DNA of 64,000 bases, from positions 32,001-96,000 of the IMG/VR virus record IMGVR_UViG_3300028008_000005; one strand, given 5' to 3'. A model generated the notes under the pieces. The model did no database searches. It had not been told where the DNA came from and was given only the letters and a program-made list of their open reading frames with translations. Positions 59,677-64,000 of this stretch are shown piece after piece. The number at the start of each line of letters is the position of its first letter. The first letter of the stretch is position 1. This DNA comes from a virus. The position numbers and the translations under genes were made by a program.

Positions 59677-59710
59677 AAATACTTTTTGTTATTTTTGATA
59701 AGGTAATACT

Positions 59711-60754
59711 ATGGAAGTAAAAACAAATATGGACCCGTATGCGGCTTATTCTCCTGCAAAGGAAGAAAAAAAGCCTAAGATTGAACCTAAAATTGCCCCT
59801 CGATTATCTGATCAGCTTATGTCTGACGAAAAGACGTTCGGTTCTGGTAAGATAGGTCCATATATCTCAAGATCTAAAAGAAACAATTGGGCTACTGATC
59901 AAGAAGCTACTCTTCGCGAAAAGTGCCCAGATTTCTATTATATCTCCTATGATGTTTCAGCAAATCAACCTAACAACTTCTCAGAATATTGCTACACTGA
60001 ATTCCCAGCTGGTGGACTTTATAGTTCCACACAATCACGCGAGATTAATTGCAGATTAATTGATTTTGCATCTAAGGAAGAATCAGGTTTAAAAGGAGAA
60101 GAAGCCCTTACTCATTTTATTGATTCCCTGTCTGATAAATACGATCTTCTTGATATAGAAGAAAAATATCAAGGTATAAATCATGTTGTCTTTATGCCAG
60201 GTCATAATCTTTTAGACTTAGCTGATGTTGACTATGTCCTAAGACTTATAAATGAAACCGATGATGTATATCTTAAGCCACACCCTCTAACTGTAGGTGA
60301 TGCAGTTCACGGTTTAGCCGGTAGAGTTGGATGGAATAAAATCTTGCCAAAGGATGCTTCTGGTGTAAAGTTACTTCAAAACTGTACCCATGTTTATACA
60401 ACAACTGCATCTGAATTCTCTATTACTGGAGCTGCTCTTGGTAAGGCTGTTATTAATATCTCTAAATATCAATCAGAGGGAGCTGGAGTATATCAACCAT
60501 TCTCGAGAGTATTAACGATTGCCCAAAGACGTCATGGCACTGAAGAAGCAAAAAGGTTACTAGGTAATATACTGGCATGTAAGTGGTCTGGCCTCTATTT
60601 TGAGTGGCAGGATGATGTCGAGGAAAGAATGGATGCTTACTTTACTAAAACCCAAGAGCTTCGCGAGCTGTACCGCCCATTAGCACAGGGTCGTGGCGAT
60701 ATTGATAAAGGTGCTAAAAAAGTCCCAGTTAAGGCTGTAGCTGGAAAGAAATAA
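59711..60754 (+). CDS. putative GT-B / capsule-synthesis-like glycosyltransferase
   Basis: VYLKPHP and VYTTTASE...AALGKAV resemble KpsC/KpsS-type motifs. Confidence 0.45.
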   Translation: MEVKTNMDPYAAYSPAKEEKKPKIEPKIAPRLSDQLMSDEKTFGSGKIGPYISRSKRNNWATDQEATLREKCPDFYYISYDVSANQPNNFSEYCYTEFPAGGLYSSTQSREINCRLIDFASKEESGLKGEEALTHFIDSLSDKYDLLDIEEKYQGINHVVFMPGHNLLDLADVDYVLRLINETDDVYLKPHPLTVGDAVHGLAGRVGWNKILPKDASGVKLLQNCTHVYTTTASEFSITGAALGKAVINISKYQSEGAGVYQPFSRVLTIAQRRHGTEEAKRLLGNILACKWSGLYFEWQDDVEERMDAYFTKTQELRELYRPLAQGRGDIDKGAKKVPVKAVAGKK

Positions 60755-60783
60755 ATCATAAATACATGTAAGGAGTCTCCTCC

Positions 60784-60984
60784 ATGTCAATAGTGGAAGG
60801 TAAAGGACACCCAGAAGTAGCAAGACGAATTGCTCTTTGCGGAAGATGTGTTCATCTTATACCTCATATGAACGTATGTAAAAAGTGCGGATGCTTTATG
60901 CCCGCCAAGACAAGATTATCCGGAGCTCGATGCCCAATAGGTAAATGGGAAAAAATCGAGATAAAAGATATAACAGAAGAATAG
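60784..60984 (+). CDS. small Cys-rich protein (DUF6171-like)
   Basis: CxxC...CKKCGCF...CPIGKW. Confidence 0.65.
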   Translation: MSIVEGKGHPEVARRIALCGRCVHLIPHMNVCKKCGCFMPAKTRLSGARCPIGKWEKIEIKDITEE

Positions 60985-60993
60985 GTAATAGCA

Positions 60994-61530
60994 ATGGCAG
61001 CAAAGATTATACTTAAGAAATCTAATACGCCTACTAGTCAACCAGGTGTATCAGATCTTGAATATGGTGAGCTTGCTATTAACTATGACGATGGCATACT
61101 GTATTATAAAAATAATGCAGGTGCAGTTGATATTATTGCACGTAAAGCCATTGGTGGTGCATCTGGTATATCAATCACTAGGATATCTACTAGCTATACT
61201 GCAAGTGGCGGTGATTTCCTCCTTGCCGATACTTCTCTCGGTTCATTTACTCTAACCCTACCATCCGCTCCTACAACAGGATCTTTTGTTACTATATTTG
61301 ACGGTGGGTCTTGGACATCTGATCCTCTTATTATAGATCCAGGCCTTCTTAGTATAGATGGTGGTGCAGGCGGAAGTACCATTAATCTAGAGGTAGGCAA
61401 CGTAAGGGTAGACTTAGTTTATAATGGGACAACCTGGAAAACCCACATACCAGTTGATCGCCAGTGGGTAGAAAATAGATTAACAGCATTTGAGGATGAT
61501 GTTATAACTTATGCTATAGCTTTAGGTTAG
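60994..61530 (+). CDS. tail fibre-related protein
   Basis: LEYGELAINY, FTLTLPSAP, LVYNGTTW. Confidence 0.65.
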   Translation: MAAKIILKKSNTPTSQPGVSDLEYGELAINYDDGILYYKNNAGAVDIIARKAIGGASGISITRISTSYTASGGDFLLADTSLGSFTLTLPSAPTTGSFVTIFDGGSWTSDPLIIDPGLLSIDGGAGGSTINLEVGNVRVDLVYNGTTWKTHIPVDRQWVENRLTAFEDDVITYAIALG

Positions 61531-61577
61531 AATACGTATAAATAGTAACTATATACTAAGAATCTTAAGTAGAATTT

Positions 61578-61895
61578 ATGTCATCATTCTCTAACATTTC
61601 ATCATCAGGAATTGGCACTACGCCAACGACCCTATTTACAGCTACAGAAAAAACTGTAGTGATTGGCTGTAATATGTCAAATGTTATTAATCAGATCGTT
61701 CCAGTTAGCGTTATATTAAATGATGGTAGTAACGACGTATACATCAAGAAAAACTTTAGAATAGAAAATGGTTTTAATGATGAAATTATGAAGGGCAACA
61801 AAATAGTATTAGAGATAGGCGATTCAATTAAAGCTTCAGCTGCTGTTGATTCGTCTGTTGATGTAGTTCTATCCCTATTAACAGGAGTTAATTAA
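61578..61895 (+). CDS. virion structural protein
   Basis: Late promoter at 61537; beta-rich GNKIVLE. Confidence 0.6.
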   Translation: MSSFSNISSSGIGTTPTTLFTATEKTVVIGCNMSNVINQIVPVSVILNDGSNDVYIKKNFRIENGFNDEIMKGNKIVLEIGDSIKASAAVDSSVDVVLSLLTGVN

Positions 61896-62152
61896 TGGCT
61901 GGAATCGAAGGCGCAGATGACTATCCCGAAGGGTTAGATCTTGCTAATAAAACCTTTTATGGATTTAAACTAAATCCTGACAATGGCGGACTAGATGTTC
62001 AGCTTATAGACGATGATACCATGGCGGTTTCACTTCCTAACCTACAGGATAAAATCATCGATAAATACGCATATAAACATTGGGTTTGGTCACAAAATTC
62101 CCTTCAGTTCCAGTGGAGCGATAACGGACATTTACAGGTTAAAATAGTATGA
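61895..62152 (+). CDS. hypothetical protein
   Basis: TAATG overlap. Confidence 0.55.
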   Translation: MAGIEGADDYPEGLDLANKTFYGFKLNPDNGGLDVQLIDDDTMAVSLPNLQDKIIDKYAYKHWVWSQNSLQFQWSDNGHLQVKIV

Positions 62153-64000
62153 CACAGTTAATAGATTTAGGTAAATTAAGATTTCACTTTGCGGGTGACT
62201 GGGCTTCTGGTACTACCTACGAATCCAATGACATTGTAAAATACGGTGGTAATGTATATGTTTATACGTATGCATTAAAATCTGCTGGTGTTTTACCTAC
62301 AGATGACACTCGCTGGGCCTTAATGGTTGAAGGCTTTAGATTCCAGGGTGAATTTGATGTTACTGTTGACTATAAAGTCGGCGATACAGTAGCACATGGT
62401 GGTGTTGTTTATGTTGCTATTGCTGATTCTGTAAACACTACACCACCCAATGCTACATACTGGAGCAAATTCCTTGATGGTATTCAATATGAGGGAATTT
62501 ATGATCCGGTAGGTGTATACCAAAAGAGCGACGTAGTTAACTACGGTGGTTCAATATACATTGCTACACAAGATACATCTGGTAATTTACCAACAGATGC
62601 TACTTTCTGGAATAAGTTCGTAGAAGGTGTAAGCCCACAAGGCGTATATAACGACGCTACAGCATATGTACCAAACGACTTGGTAGCATACGGCGCTAAC
62701 ATCTACCGAAATAAAATCGAAAGTACTGGCAACGTTCCTTCTAATGTAACATATTGGGAACTTTACATTGGTGGTATTATCTTTACGGGTACATTTAATC
62801 CCGTTACAGAGTACTTTGTAAATGACTTGGTTATTTACGGTAACACAATTTATCGATCACGCCAAACTCAATCTGCTGTACTTCCTACTGTTACAGCTAA
62901 CTGGGAATTGCTAACTGGCGGTGTTAACTACTCCGGTAACTGGGACGTTGCTACACAGTATTACATCGGTGATATTGTTGTATATGGTAATAACTCTTAC
63001 CGTGCTACCGTAACTACACTTGGTGCTAATCCAACTGATCTGGTTGATTGGGTATTACAAGCTGGTGCAACATCATATCAAGGCGTATATTCTAACGCGA
63101 CTACTTACTATATTGGCGACTTAGTTAACTATGGTGGTAACGTATATCTTAACATAGCAGAATCAGTTGGCGATGTACCGACAGATACAAGTCATTGGTC
63201 ATCATATTCTGCTGGATTCTCCTATCAAGGAGTGTGGTCAAGCGCTACTCAGTATTACATTGCTCAAGTGGTTAACTACGGTGGATCGCTATACCAAGCT
63301 GATGTTGATAATAGCAATACTAATCCTACAGACACAGCGTCATGGAGTAAGATCGTACCAGGCATTAAATCGCTAGGTCCATGGGCAACGCTAACAGAAT
63401 ATGCTACAGACGAAGTGGTTACATATGGCGGTAACACGTTTATCGTTCTATTACCACACGCTGCTGGTTCAGACTTTAATGTTGATCTCGCTGCTGGTAA
63501 ATGGCAAAAATTTAACTCTGGCATTCGTTGGAGAGGCATTTGGTCATCAGCTACACAATATCTAAAAGATGATGTAGTAAAGGCTGGTTCATCCTCCTTT
63601 ATTGCAGGCGAAGATGTAATCGGCGGTAATTCCCCAGCAAGTGATCCTGTTCCACCAGAATGGCTTGGCTTTGCAACAGGTGCTGAAGGATTCCTATCAA
63701 AAGATGGCGATACAATGTTGGGTTTCCTTACATTGGATGCAGATCCTACTGACGCTTTACATGCGGCAACTAAAGCATATGTAGATCGCTTTGTTAATGC
63801 TACAGATGGTGGTACAGTTGAAGGCCCATTAATATTCGACAACACTTCCTCGGGTGGTGCTGGACTTACCCTGCAGAATGGTGCTGATCTTACTGTTGAT
63901 GGTGGTACTGTTACACTTGAAAACGGTGCTACACTTTCAATTGACTCAGCATCAACCCTTGCAGAAGTTACTGTAGACGGTGATATTAATCTAAATGGCG
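62149..64000 (+). CDS. long tail fibre/structural protein with about 45-aa CBM5/12-like repeats (3'-truncated)
   Basis: MTQLIDLGKLRFHFAGDW...; repeated Y-x3-D-x-V-x-YGG-x2-Y...W units; no stop seen before the window end. Confidence 0.75.
   Translation, partial: MTQLIDLGKLRFHFAGDWASGTTYESNDIVKYGGNVYVYTYALKSAGVLPTDDTRWALMVEGFRFQGEFDVTVDYKVGDTVAHGGVVYVAIADSVNTTPPNATYWSKFLDGIQYEGIYDPVGVYQKSDVVNYGGSIYIATQDTSGNLPTDATFWNKFVEGVSPQGVYNDATAYVPNDLVAYGANIYRNKIESTGNVPSNVTYWELYIGGIIFTGTFNPVTEYFVNDLVIYGNTIYRSRQTQSAVLPTVTANWELLTGGVNYSGNWDVATQYYIGDIVVYGNNSYRATVTTLGANPTDLVDWVLQAGATSYQGVYSNATTYYIGDLVNYGGNVYLNIAESVGDVPTDTSHWSSYSAGFSYQGVWSSATQYYIAQVVNYGGSLYQADVDNSNTNPTDTASWSKIVPGIKSLGPWATLTEYATDEVVTYGGNTFIVLLPHAAGSDFNVDLAAGKWQKFNSGIRWRGIWSSATQYLKDDVVKAGSSSFIAGEDVIGGNSPASDPVPPEWLGFATGAEGFLSKDGDTMLGFLTLDADPTDALHAATKAYVDRFVNATDGGTVEGPLIFDNTSSGGAGLTLQNGADLTVDGGTVTLENGATLSIDSASTLAEVTVDGDINLNG

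Noticed and set aside
1-64000. Stop-codon reassignment
   Set aside because: Core genes are intact in the standard code and end in TAA, TAG or TGA at expected positions.

Overview
This window is a 64 kb, AT-rich segment of a T4-like myovirus genome. The host is probably an aquatic proteobacterium, inferred from the tmRNA tag ANDEAFALAA and a Pseudomonas-type PqqA. From left to right it holds: late hypothetical genes and a spanin pair; nrdA/nrdB, a GIY-YIG nuclease and rnh; early genes under repeated TTTACA-N17/18-TATAAT promoters; a circularly permuted (two-piece) tmRNA; a denV-like glycosylase, phoH, an exonuclease, a ClpP-like protease and a lysozyme. An accessory island follows, with two exported heme-c/copper type II monooxygenase-like genes directly followed by a 23-aa pqqA that the ORF track missed, then a convergent operon of exported or membrane proteins. 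The rest is gp33/gp59/gp32 and the baseplate/tail module (tape-measure-like, gp51, gp26, gp54-like, gp2, gp4, gp48, gp53, gp27-like, gp5, gp25, gp6, gp7, gp8, DUF4815-like proteins, fibres). The top findings are the monooxygenase-pair plus pqqA island, the permuted tmRNA with a tRNA-like spacer, a probable -1 frameshift joining gp26 to gp51, and a Thr-rich fibre with mirror-ordered repeats. All assignments come from motif recognition and gene order; no database search was run.
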